A stretch of DNA of 64,000 nucleotides, taken from Chrysomallon squamiferum (Eukaryota; Animalia; Mollusca). Where the stretch lies: contig CM022677.1 in NCBI GenBank assembly GCA_012295275.1, positions 1,426,001-1,490,000 on the forward strand. Reading direction: 5' to 3'. The notes beneath the pieces were generated by a model. That model did no database searches and was not told where the DNA came from. It saw nothing but the letters and a program-made list of their open reading frames with translations. Positions 23,803 through 37,067 of this stretch are shown here, one piece after another; within the stretch, counting starts at the first letter, position 1, and each line of letters opens with the position of its first letter. The position numbers and the translations under genes were made by a program.

Positions 23803-25315
23803 TTACACTAAAAATAACAAAGCAGGTATTTGTCCGTGTGTCACATCTGTACGAAGTTGTCTGTGACTGTGTTTAGATTTGTGTGACTTAGAAAATCTAC
23901 AAACAAAAGAGTCTACAACAATTTCTGATTCACCTTCAAGTCCCCACAATGAGTCTCTTCCCTTAACATTAACAAACAAGCTGAACTTAGTGTCTTTAGT
24001 AATCTTCAAAGGACGTCTGAACACGACGTCATACACGTCAGTCACTACGTGTTCGTATCTCTGTGTCAGTGTAGACCCGTCCAGTATTTTGTCTGTTCTT
24101 GTGTCGGTGACGAAGGCGCTAACGTCGTAGTTTCGTGGTTCACGGTCTCCGTACAACTGAAATCCGCCAAGTAAAGCGTCTTTCTTCACAGAGAAAGTAA
24201 TGGCGTCATCTTCTTTACCAGAACATGACAAGTAACCAAAAAATGTACTACCAAACCTGTTTATTTTAATCTGTGATTTAGTTCTTATGTTTGAGTTAAA
24301 AGGTGAAACATCTTCATCTGGACAAAGGAAATGTTTGAAAATTTTGAGTTCTTCTGTGTCAGTGAGTATGTGAGTGGGTGTCACGTGTTTTACAAAATAC
24401 GTCTGATCCAGTAAAGGATAACGCACGTGCTTCACGACGTCTCCCAGTGCTTCACGCATGTTTTTTTCATTCGCCTGTCTTCCTTGCTTCCTGCACGCGC
24501 TGTCAGCCCACTTCAAAGCGGCTTCGAGAACATTTTTCTTGTCTGCTGCCAGTTCGTCTGATCGTACGATCTCAACCAGACATTCGTGACAAAGATCGGT
24601 GACTTCATCTGACTTCAAAACTTCGTCACCATTTTTCAAAATATAGTCCAGAGTGTTTTTCCTTAGATCATGTTCATCAAACACGTGAGCTTGTTCCAGC
24701 ACGACGCACGCATTCCGTGACGACAACGACGACTCCAAATAGTTTACGCACTGATGTTCAAGTGTTGTGATGATGTACTTCCTCGATAGATACAGCAGAC
24801 CGATGACGTTGTCGCCTGTTAGGACGACGTCATCCATATAAAGATATCTGTGTAAAAGAAGTAGAGTAAAACTTTAAAAAGTGAGATAATTATGTGAGAT
24901 TAATTAATTAAAAAACTGTTAGATTACTAACAAAAACTGTATTGTTATCAACGTTTCTGTTTGTGTGTATATCTCTCTTCCTCACTGTGTTCGTACGTGT
25001 GTGTATGTATGTGTGTGTGTGTGTATTTGTGTGTGTGTGTGTGTGTGTTTTAACATACTTTAAAAACTGTGAGAAGATTTCTGCCTGCACATCCGGTATT
25101 TTGATATTGTTTTGTTCCCGAAGTTCTCCAGTCATCATCTGATGAAAAACTTCGCTTCGAATGATCAAAATGAATCGGTGAGCATCCACAGCTGTTTTAT
25201 GTTCACCAACCAAAAATCTGACGTCCGTGTCAGTTCTTGTAAGAAAAACGTGCTCAATGCATTGCATCAGATTCTTTCCTGTCTGCCAACTTGAGATTCC
25301 AGCTGCGGTGGCCAT
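23803..25315 (-). CDS. BTB/POZ-BACK-PHR domain protein (BTBD1/2/3/6-like Cullin-3 adaptor), copy 1, intact, 433 aa
   Basis: Exon 1 25315-25059 (MATAAGISSWQTGK..DVRFLVG..AHRFILIIRSEVF, BTB). 211-nt GT..AG intron 25058-24848 (AA|GTATGT..ACAG|A). Exon 2 24847-23803 joins in frame (FLK-YLYMDD), with BACK (NACVVLEQA..ALKWA..VRYPLL) and PHR (INRF..DAITFSV..GFQLYG..GQIPALLF). An acceptor AG 7 nt upstream of the ATG implies a non-coding upstream exon. Confidence 0.93.
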
Positions 25316-25521
25316 GTTTTAACTACAAACAGAGGATAATAATAATAATAATAATACTAACAATAGCAATAATAATAATTATAATATAAAAACGATAATA
25401 ACAATAACAATAACAGTAATAATAATTATAATAACAACAATAATAATAATAATAACAATAATAATAATTATAACAAGAACAACAATAATAATAACAATTA
25501 TAATAATAATAATAATAATAA

Positions 25522-25552
<31 letters not shown>

Positions 25553-27165
25553 AAGAAGAAGAAGAAGAAGAAGAATATGCAGTAGTCACAGAAATGGAAA
25601 AAGAAACTGGTCAGACATGGAACTGTAATAATTCTACAGAAAAAAAAATAATAAGTCAACTTAAATTAAAATGTTTTAATTAATTAATTATATAGTAATA
25701 ATAAAAAATAAATAAATAAGTAAAGTAATAAAAACAAAAATAATAAATATCAATAAAATAAAAATTTGACATCAATAACTCACTAATAATAATAATAATA
25801 ATAATAATAATCATAATAATAATAATAGTAACGTCATACTAAAAATAATTTAAAACTATTTCCCTGTACATATGACCTGTGCACGGACATATTCCAAAAT
25901 CTAAAAAAAAAAAAAAAGTAATCAAACGAAGATAATTTCTAAAAGCTGACTACTTTTTGTTTAACGCCTCTACTACTGTACACTGAGATCAGAGGTCTAA
26001 AAATAAATCAATAACTAACTAACTAAGTAAATAAATAAATTAATTAATTAATAAAAAAAAAGATAAGGAAAGAAAGAAATATATCGGATAGATAAAGGAT
26101 AAAAAAGAAATACCTTGTGCTTATGATAATCATTACTATGATGATGACGAAGACACAAAGAATTATTATTATAATTATCATTATTATTATAAACAGAGGT
26201 GAGTGGTCAGTCAGGTAAGAAATATAATATAATGTAATATAATATAATATATAGGGCCTAAATATAAACCTAAAAAAAATAAACAAAAATAATAATCATT
26301 GTTCAAATATTAACACTTCTACTCATCACTTGAAGAAATAATTTATTTTTTAATTTGTGTTTATTTTTTTTTTTTTTTTTTTAAAGTTATATATGTGTTT
26401 CACTTATTCCTTTTTATTTGATTATTTATTTGTATTTATTTTCTTTCTTTCTTTCTTTCTTTATTTTAATTTTATTTTAATTCATCAGATAAAATAGAGT
26501 ATAAAATAATACAACTATGACGGTAAACTGTTTTTTACCTCACGCAGTAGAGACCTTAACTATACCCTAATAGTATCCTTGATTAAGCTGTGGAAAGATT
26601 TTTCAGCGATATTTAGATGTACTGTCTTCTGTGATGTTTAAGTTAGAGAATTGGTCCTAACTGATTTATTAAACCACGGATTTATGCCTACTTGTAGAAT
26701 CCGCTGGTAGCTATTTATCCTTTTTACTTATTATAATATTTCATATTGTTGTACAATTAAGATACAGTTTTTGATAATATCGGTAACATAATGATTATTT
26801 ACTTAAACAGTTTACTTTAATACAGTCTAAGATATCATAGCTAAACTATATGCATCGTTAAAGTAAGTGAATATGTTGCCCATTCATTTCTACAAAATTC
26901 CTAACAGTATATATTAATCTAATATGTATTGTTAGTTAACAGTAATCCAATTAATGAAATCTTTTAACAGTTAACTATCATTAGCGAGAGACAAAAGGAA
27001 TTTGTCTCGGCTCCGCCATTGATACGCATTAAGTTTATTTAAGTAAGAGACAAAAGAGCCCGGGGGGTGAATCAAAGAAAAGACAAAGACACAGAGAACG
27101 CGTGGGACGGTGGAGTTCGCGGCCATTATTAGGCAACCATGTTGGTAACTAGATTTTGCTTATCC

Positions 27166-27365
27166 NNNNNNNNNNNNNNNNNNNNNNNNNNNNNNNNNNN
27201 NNNNNNNNNNNNNNNNNNNNNNNNNNNNNNNNNNNNNNNNNNNNNNNNNNNNNNNNNNNNNNNNNNNNNNNNNNNNNNNNNNNNNNNNNNNNNNNNNNNN
27301 NNNNNNNNNNNNNNNNNNNNNNNNNNNNNNNNNNNNNNNNNNNNNNNNNNNNNNNNNNNNNNNNN
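27166..27365. other. Assembly gap (200 N)
   Basis: Run of N. Confidence 1.
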
Positions 27366-27760
27366 ACACAGACACACAGACACACACACACACACACACA
27401 CATACACACAGACATTACACAGACACACACACAGACACACACAGAGCCACACACAGACACACAGACACACATATACACACACACAGACACACACAGACAC
27501 ACACACAGACACACACACACACAGACACACAGACGCACACACACACACACATACACACATACAGTCATACACACATACAGATACATACATATATCCATAC
27601 ATACATACATACATACACACACACATATACACACACACACACAGACACACACACACATACACACACATACACATACACACACATATACACACACACAGAG
27701 ACACACACATAGACACACATACACACACATACACACATACACACACACACACATACACAC

Positions 27761-27795
<35 letters not shown>
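27366..27795. repeat. Degenerate (CA)n array next to the gap
   Basis: Seen directly. Confidence 0.95.
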
Positions 27796-27859
27796 CCTGA
27801 CTAGTCATTTGAAAGTCCTGACTTGCTAACATTAATCTATTATATCAAAACATTACTGA

Positions 27860-28565
27860 TCTATGTGCTGTCTACTTCTGATTTCGAGTGAAAATTCCAC
27901 AGCAAAAGAATGTATACATATCAGCTATGTCTCTGCAGGAACTCAACTTTAGAAGTAGATCACTTGTTAAACAATGGCAGCAATTTGCATGTGATTAGAC
28001 CACAGTGTGAGAAGAAATGATCACAGTTCTTTGAAGGATTAATAAACAATGATCCATGTCTTGTAATAATATCTGCAGCTAGATGAATGAGACTATTTTC
28101 ATTGTGTTGTGATACTTAAGTAAATTCACTCATTTACATTTAGTGTGAAAAGTAGCTAGATGAATGAGACTATTTTCATTGTGTTGTGATACTTAAGTAA
28201 ATTCACTCATTTACATTTAGTGTGAAAAGTAGAATCTGCATAAAGTAGAAGTGAGCACATTTTGTGTTGTTTATTGCAGTCATAATGGTCAGAGTGATCT
28301 AAAAGATGACAATGCATTTTAAAGTGAAATTAATAGAAGAGATTTCATCAGATCCATTGTGCAAACAAAAAGATAAGTCATTTAATACAGAAAAACAGAG
28401 ACTAGCTGTCATTCTATAACATAATGTCTATCACCAGACATTGTGCAAAACCAAGATTTTGGCAGAGAGAAATGAATAAATACTAGCAAGTTAACAAAAC
28501 CTGAACTGATGGCTGCATCAATGCTTTCAGCAGGAAACAAACAACATATCATCCATTTGCAATCT
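27860..28565 (+). mobile_element. Degraded copy of the same pogo/Tigger-like transposase
   Basis: The reverse complement aligns in patches with 59420-60830. Residual motifs are AVYF..ISAMSLQE (HTH-like) and DE.RLF..CEK..VVYC..G..LK (DDE-like). Confidence 0.5.
28077..28230. repeat. 77-bp exact tandem duplication
   Basis: AGCTAGATGAATGAGACT..GTGTGAAAAGT occurs twice. Confidence 0.95.
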
Positions 28566-30649
28566 GATTTTTTTTTTTTTTTTTTTTATATACAACATGA
28601 GAAAAATAGAAAGTTTTTTGTTAAAGCTTTGTTAGGAGAGTACTGTGTTTATGTCTCGTGTTACAAGTTATCTTACACTTTGATGTAATTTAACACATTT
28701 TATTTGTAAACAGTGAATCAAACTGATCTTCCTTTTGTGGCACATTTAAAACAGTATTTATGTTAATGTTACAAAGCCACATTTAATAATAAACTTTGTC
28801 TTTCTTGTTTCTAGAAAATTCAGTGAATACACTTTAACTGACTTTAAAATCCTGGTATTATATATTCAGACTGAACTAATAAAAAATTACTGATAACACT
28901 GCTTACATTTACTCTTTTGTAAATAAACAAAGCTAAGCAAGGCTTTAGCATTCAAGAACTGTTAATAAAAACTATAAATAAAAATATTTAAAAAAATGAC
29001 TCATAATTAAATCAAATGAGAAATACAAAGTTTAATAATTTTTAACATCTGTGATTAGTGATTACTATTCATTTTTATTTCAAATCTTTTTTCTTTGTGC
29101 TCCAGAATAAAACTTTAAAAAGAAATTTAAGTCAATATTAAGTTTTAAACAAACATTTGTTAAAGAAAACCAACAGTTATCTGCATTTCAGAACTTGAAC
29201 AAATAATAAAAAATGTATTTAGTGACTTGCTGTGAAAACAAACTTTGTCTGTCATCTACAAAGTCTTTCCACAAAGTGATTTTACAGATTATAGTAATAC
29301 TACATTATTAGTATTTTAATACTACTACTACTACTACTGCTACTACTACTATTACTACTAATACTACTACTAATAATTATAATAATAATGAGAACAGGCA
29401 CTTGCATCATTCTAATATTAATCATGATATAATTGTAGTACTTTCTGTTTACAGTATAAGTAAGAATAAAATAATAACAAGAAAGTGTATAATAATAACA
29501 ACAAGAAATTGAAAAAATAAAATTATAAATGATCAAAATGATTTTAAATATTTTAACAAAATATTGAAAGAATGAAAAATAAATATTTAAACATCAAAAA
29601 GCCAATAATTAGAAGAATGACTTAAACATTAAAGAACCTATGATCAGTCTTTAAAAGACTGAGTCCACAACAGACATTCATGTCAATAAAACTGAGACAC
29701 TATCAAAATAAATCTATCATATATCTCATTAATAACTAGAATACAGTACTTACTAATTATGATGAACACAGCTTCACTCAGTTTTTATTTTGATAAATAT
29801 TTTGTAATTATTGTAAAAATATTTCTAAATAAAAACAAAACATAACAGATCAGATGAAGAAAAGGCTCTAATTAAATCATTCATCTGAAGCTTTCCAACT
29901 GAAGACAACTCTTACACACAAGACTCTTAGAAGAAAACATCAGGTGACACCTAAAGAATGAGACAACCTGTTTGGGAAATGCATATCGGTGTTTTCTCGG
30001 GTTTTAATCACTTGTGCATTTACTGTAATAACAATGTTTTGTTTGTAACTATTCTGTTATGAAGCTTCAGTGACTAACATTTAAACTTGAGCTGTTTATC
30101 TATCAGATGTTGTCTAAAAGTGGCGAGTTGTTATAACAATTCAGCCAAGTGGGCGGAGCTACCGATTGCAGCGTCATCTAAAAATAGACGCAGGCTGGAA
30201 TATATACAGGTGCTATTTGATTTAGTATTATTAGTTGTGGGATTGCTAAGAAAAGGAGAGTTTTGAATTAATACGCTTCAGTGTTAGTGGTTTAGTAAAT
30301 CGTTGATGGTTAGTAGAATAACATATTATTATATTTATACGTATTTGAAAAGCCCGAATGTCACCGATCAAATCTAATATTTTGATTGGACAGTTATTTT
30401 TGTACAGGGATTTCCCCATTTGCACTGGAAATGATGTAATGTTATGATCTATCGATCCATGCATCGAGCGTCGAATTACTCGGTTTAAAAATTAAAACGT
30501 ATTTCCTAAGTGAACAATAAAATAAAATAATGATAACATACTTTAAAGCCAAATTTTAATAAGTGGTCTTAATATTTAAACATTAAAGTGAACATTATAA
30601 AGAAAACCATAACTACTACTACTACTACTATTACTAATAATAATAATAA

Positions 30650-30680
<31 letters not shown>

Positions 30681-30771
30681 AAGAAGAATAACAATAATAA
30701 TAATACATCAATAAATAAAATTAGGGTGTTAGCAACGTTTGTTTAATATCCGTCATTATAATTATATGTAA

Positions 30772-31232
<461 letters not shown>

Positions 31233-31366
31233 CAAAAAAACAAAAACACCGACAAACTTACGCTTCATTTCAATAACCATTTTACCACAGTTAAAACAAA
31301 GTTTTATATATTTTTAAAATCTCAACAAACCAAGAAAACGTCATGTCAAGTAAATTTCTAACAGAA

Positions 31367-31804
31367 TCTTTGCACAGTCTTCTTAGTTTTTACATAAATA
31401 CTACATTTAGCGGACAGTTTATCTTTGTACACAGTCTACTTAGTTTTACATAAATACTACATTTAGCGGACAGTTTATCTTTGTACACAGTCTACTTAGT
31501 TTTTACATAAATACTACATTTAGTGGACAGTTTATCTTTGTACACAGTCTACTTAGTTTTACATAAATACTACATTTAGGGGACAGTTTATCTTTGTACA
31601 CAGTCTACTTAGTTTTACATAAATACTACATTTAGGGGACAGTTTGTCTTTGTACACAGTCTACTTAGTTTTTACATAAATACTACATTTAGGGGACAGT
31701 TTGTCTTTGTACACAGTCTACTTAGTTTTACATAAATACTACATTTAGCGGACAGTTTATCTTTGTACACAGTCTACTTAGTTTTACATAAATACTACAT
31801 TTAG
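31367..31804. repeat. Minisatellite, 56-57-bp unit, ~8 copies
   Basis: Unit ACATAAATACTACATTTAG(C/G/T)GGACAGTTTATCTTTGTACACAGTCTACTTAGTTTT. Confidence 0.97.
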
Positions 31805-31997
31805 CTGATTTTATCTTTATTTATAAAATTGGTTGTTTTAATTTCAAATTTTTTTTCTTTTTTTTTTTTTTTTTTTTTTAATTTCAACGAAACAATATTT
31901 TTCTCAAATGTTTTAAGAATTTTTGTCACATAAAGACAATACTGGAAGAAATAATTGTTTTCACCTGAAACTTAACTTGAACCAATATAAACATTTT

Positions 31998-32110
31998 GCT
32001 TCACGGGCTACTCTTTCCAGTTAGCAGCAAAGAATCATTGATATGAACCATCCCACAGACAGGAGAGTACGTAAAATGGTCATTATTATACCAGCTGTGA
32101 AGACTACCAA
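31998..32110 (+). mobile_element. Nin/Deu-domain SINE fragment
   Basis: GGGCTACTCTTTCCAGTTAGCAGCAAAGAATC..ATATGAACCATCCCACAGACAGGA matches the recalled conserved Nin-SINE central domain. Confidence 0.6.
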
Positions 32111-32351
32111 GTCCAGCTCACTTGTAAATAGAAAATTAATTCATTGAATATACAAGTCCACAACAGCTAACTCTTGTGCACTTCATAATAAGCTTACAGG
32201 AGTTATCTCCCTTCCATTAACTCATTCATAGATTCCATTGCTATTAACTGATGGAAAATTCATATTTACGATACTATCCTCTGAACTAATCCTTTCATTT
32301 ATACTTTTAGTGGGTTTTTTTAAAAAAGAAAACAATTCCTTCATTTTAATG

Positions 32352-32402
<51 letters not shown>

Positions 32403-33051
32403 TGATTTTTAAGTCTATAAAATTTTTGTTTACATTCTAAATAGAAATTAAATACAAAAATAAACGAAGTAAAAATTTATGATACAAAATACTTTTATTT
32501 GCATTTTTTTTATATACATCTTATACATAAACAAACAAACAGTAAATTCGAAACATAATCTAATTTACTTACATATTTAATAAAAATCTTAATAAAAGAA
32601 AATGGATAAATAAATCAAATAACAGTTCCTGTGTTTCATGTCCAACAGTCAGTAAGTACATATGTAATTTATCTACATTTTATTTTATATACAATTTAAA
32701 GCGAAATAAAAAAGTACAAATGAATCAAGAAATAGTTAGTAATATCACGTTTCATATACAAACTAAAAACATTAGATATACTTAAATAAATAAATAAATA
32801 CATAATAAAGCAATGAGATGTCATTATACATTTCGCATGTATCTGTTTGACACAAATCAGTCCATTATAAAAATTTCAAATCAAATCAAGTGTCTATGAC
32901 GTCATCACCGCTGTCTGACGTCATCAGAAAAACGTAAACAAATCAATAAATAAATCAATAATAAAATAAATAAATAAATAAATAAATAAATAAAAATAAA
33001 AATGTGATCCCAGTGATGACTAAAAGTGACAGTGTTTTACGATGTTGTTTT

Positions 33052-34270
33052 TTACACTAAAAATAACAAAGCAGGTATTTGTTTGTCTGACACACGTGTA
33101 CGAAGTTGTCTCTCACTGTGTTTAGATTTGTGTGACTTAGAAAATCTACAAACAAAAGAGTCTACAACAATTTCTGATTCACCTCCAACTCCACGCAATG
33201 AGTCTCCTCCCTCAACATGAACAAACAAGCTGTACTCAGTGTCTTTAGTAATCTTCACTGGACGACTGAACACGACGTCATACACGTCAGACACGACGTG
33301 TTTATATCTCTGTGTCAGTCTAGACCCGTCCAGTATTTCGTCTGTTCTTGTAGCAGTGACGAAGGCGCTGACGTCGTAGTTTTGTGGTTGACGGTGACCG
33401 TACATCTGAAATCCGCGAAGTAAAGCGTTTTTGTTGACAGAGAAAGTAATGGCTTCATCTTCTTTATCAGAACATGGCCAGTAACCAATACTACACGAAT
33501 CAAACCTGTTTATTGTAATCTGTGTGTTATGAATCATTGCAGTTCTCTTGTTTGAGTTGAAAGGTGAAACATCTTCATCACTGCTCACCAAGTGTCTCAA
33601 AATCTTGAATCCTTCAGCCTCAGTGAGTATGTGAGTGGGTGTCACGTGTTTTACAAAATACGTCTCATCGAGTAATGGATAACGCACGTGCTTCACGACC
33701 TCTCCCAGTGCTTCGCGCATGTTTTCTTCATTCGTCTGTCTTCCTTGCTTCCTGCACGCGCTGTCAGCCCACTTCACAGCGGCTTCAAAAACATTTTTCT
33801 CGTCTGCTGCCAGTTCGTCTGATCGTACGATCTCAACCAGACATTCGTGACGAAGATTGGTGACTTCATCTGACTTCAGAACTTCGTCGCCATTTTCCAA
33901 AATGAAGTCCATAGTTTTTTTCCTTAGATCATGTTTATCAAACAGGTGAGCTTGTTCCAGCACGACGCACGCATTCTGTGACGACAACGACGACTCCAAA
34001 TAGTTGGTGCATCGGTCTTCAAGAGTTGTGACGATGTACTTCTTCGATAGATACAGCAGACCGGTGACGTTGTCGCCTGTTAGGCCGACGTCATCCGTAT
34101 AAAGATATCTGTGTGAAAAAAGTAGAGTAAGACTTTGAAATGTGAGATAACTATGTGAGATTAATTATTTAGAAAATAATTAGATTACTAACAAAAACTG
34201 TATTGTTATCAACGTTTCTGTCTGTCTGTATGTCTCTCTTCCTCACTGTGTTCGTACGTGTGTTTCCATG

Positions 34271-34322
<52 letters not shown>

Positions 34323-34601
34323 CGTGTGTGTGTTTTAACATACTTTAAAAATCTCTGAAAAGATGTCTGCCTTCACTTCCGGTATTTTGATATCTGATTT
34401 TTCGCGAAGTTCTCCAGTCAACATATGACTGAAAATTTCGCTTCGAATGATCAGAATAAACTGATGCGCGTCAACAGCAGTTTTATCTTCCCCAACTAAA
34501 AATCTGACGTCCCTGTGAGTTCCTGTAAGTAAAACGTGTTCAAGGCATTGCACCAGATTCTTCCCTGTCTGCCAACCTGAGACTGTAGTTGAGGTGGCCA
34601 T
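33052..34601 (-). CDS. BTB-BACK-PHR protein, copy 2; exon 2 fully open but exon 1 carries a 1-nt insertion (recent pseudogene or sequence error)
   Basis: Exon 1 34601-34344 (MATSTTVSGWQTGK..) is 258 nt versus 257 in copy 1 (extra base at ~34352). Same intron position (34343-34109). Exon 2 34108-33052 is open to GQ/KQIPALLFLV-stop. Confidence 0.8.
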
Positions 34602-34621
34602 CTTTTCACTAGAAACAGAGG

Positions 34622-34730
<109 letters not shown>

Positions 34731-35211
34731 GGAGTAGAGACAACAATGGAAAAACAAACTGATCACACATGGAACTGTAATAATTCAAGGCCAAAAAATA
34801 AATAAAAAGTAAAGTAATAAAAAAGAATCAAATAAATATCAATCAAATTAAAATATAACATCAATAACCCACTAATAATAATATTAAGAAGAAGAAGAAG
34901 AAGAAGAATAACGTCATGCTAAATATAATTTACAAATATTTCCGTGTACATATGACCTGTACATGGACATATTCCAAAACCGAAACAAACACTTTTTATA
35001 TAAAAAATTAATCGAAATAATTTCTAAAAACCGACTACTTTCTGTTTAACGCCTCTACTACTGAACACTGAGATCAGAGATCTAAAAATCAATAAATCAA
35101 TAAATCAATAAATAAAAGATAAGGAAAGAAAGAAAAACATCGGATAGATAAAGGATAAAAAAGAAATATGGTTATGGTAATGATTACTATGATGATGACG
35201 AAGAACAAAGA

Positions 35212-35271
<60 letters not shown>

Positions 35272-35921
35272 AACAGAGGTGAATGGTCAGTCAGGTAAGA
35301 AATATTTCACTGTGGAAGAAACGATTTTCATATCGCAATGTACTTGTGGTCATTTATAACAATTTACTGCTCGAAAAGTCAGCAAAATTATCCGTCAGTG
35401 ACAGATCTAAAAAGAAACACCAAAGAACAAGAAATATTAATAAAGAAAAAAAAAATAAAGAAACAAACCAGGATGCGATATTTTTGAAATAGAAAACAAT
35501 TTAAAATACCTTCTAATTTAAACTTGCTGATGGACAATTTATTTAAGCGACTATTTTCTCTCTGTCGACTCAACTGCTGTAGATCACCGCTATCACCGAT
35601 CTAAGAATAAATGAATACAAATTAAAATAAAATAAAACGAAATGAAATAAAGTAAGCAATAAATAGCAAAATATATCAATAAAAAATAATGGCTCTACTA
35701 GGGTAGTAACAGCAATAGTAGTACTAGTATTAAAGATATTACTACTACTAGTAGTAATAAATTAAGAACACCGGAATAGTTCAAACATAATAAAATAAAA
35801 AATGTTATAGACTTTCAATATGGCCGACTTGTTTTATTTCTGCTTTGTGTACTTTTGGTTCTTAAAATCCTCCACTGATAAACACGCGAGTGACGTCAGA
35901 TATTTTACACGTCATCAAGTG

Positions 35922-36138
35922 CAGTGGCGTGCAGAGGTGAGGGCCAAAGGGGCTCTGGCACCGGGCATCCAGATTTATATTTAACTCGAATAAAGTGTTT
36001 ATGTTTCATCTGTGTTTACATATTCAAAATATCTTCCTTTCTCATACTATTCCTCAGTGCTAGGCCTTATACTTGAATATTTGGGAATTACAATCAAGGA
36101 GTTGGTCCCGGGCTTCACCAGATCTCCACACGACACAG
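35922..36138. mobile_element. hAT-type MITE, 217 bp, 8-bp TSD
   Basis: ATCAAGTG is duplicated at 35914-35921 and 36139-36146. Imperfect TIRs CAGTGGCGTG / CACGACACAG. The paralogous empty site with a single ATCAAGTG is at 38828-38835. Confidence 0.85.
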
Positions 36139-36952
36139 ATCAAGTGTCACGTTGTTAGGTTTCAATGTCAGAATAAAATAAAGAAATCGTGCTACGAGAT
36201 ATATGTATACTCATCTTACATAAATCGTTTTTAAAATTGATTACAACAATTGATTGGATTAAGTTCTATTAGATTGCATTGTTTATAGGTAAGTTATAAA
36301 ATCTATATAATAATAATAATAATAATAATAGAAACAAGAGCAACAACAACAATAAGAACATGAAATAAATTTACAGTGCACTAAATATACGTGTACATAT
36401 TTTATTTCTCTGACGATGCTTAAATGACCAGTATATCAAGTTAAGGTAACACGTGACGTTTGTTTGTAATGTAGGTCATATATATGTCACTGCCGTATGA
36501 GAAACACAAAGGTATACTCGGGTGTTATTTACAACGACCTGACAAATTCATTGTTAACAAACTCTCTGCCCATAAGTGTAGAAATAAACCGTGAAAATAT
36601 TAAATCATTTACATTTGTCAGCATTTCAAGGAAGACAATATAGACAACCCAATTATTTCCAATAAACAGAACAAACTAACAAACTCGTAAATAGAAAATA
36701 ATACTGTTATATGAGATAATATTATCACATCTTCTATTGGCACGTTCCATATCTTTGAAAAGCCTCACGCTGTAATACTGTTTAGTATATGTATATCAAT
36801 AGCAGTGATAAAAAAAAGTATACAATAACATATTATACACTGGTTGGAACGGGTGATATTCCAATAGGAACGTTAGATAAGAAGGAAAAAATTAATGAAG
36901 AAAGAAAGAAAGACTGAGATGAACACAAGCAAAGAAATAAAAAAAGAATAAA

Positions 36953-37008
<56 letters not shown>

Positions 37009-37067
37009 TAAATTAAAATAAATTGACACAATATAAAATACATTGTAGTTTCAAAACAGATACTTAC

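Noticed and set aside
23879-24602. Plus-strand ORFs repeated at 33026-33863 and 61956-62748
   Set aside because: Antisense shadows of the BTB coding exons, repeated only because the gene is duplicated.
27000-27165. GC-rich stretch as promoter of copy 1 (similarly GC/CCAAT boxes at 30150-30400)
   Set aside because: Not shared with the other copies, and 27000-27165 is truncated by the gap; short motifs alone are insufficient.
27129-27832. 200+ aa ORFs here (and 44466-44711)
   Set aside because: They run through N gaps and (CA)n repeats.
22290-27910. Inverted ~50-bp matches flanking BTB copy 1 (possible Pack-type element carrying the gene)
   Set aside because: The matches are internal parts of an old repeat rather than termini, no TSD is seen, and an assembly gap lies between them.
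31367-31804. Regular arrays as CRISPR-like (also 54998-55376)
   Set aside because: Head-to-tail units with no unique spacers, no cas genes, eukaryotic context.
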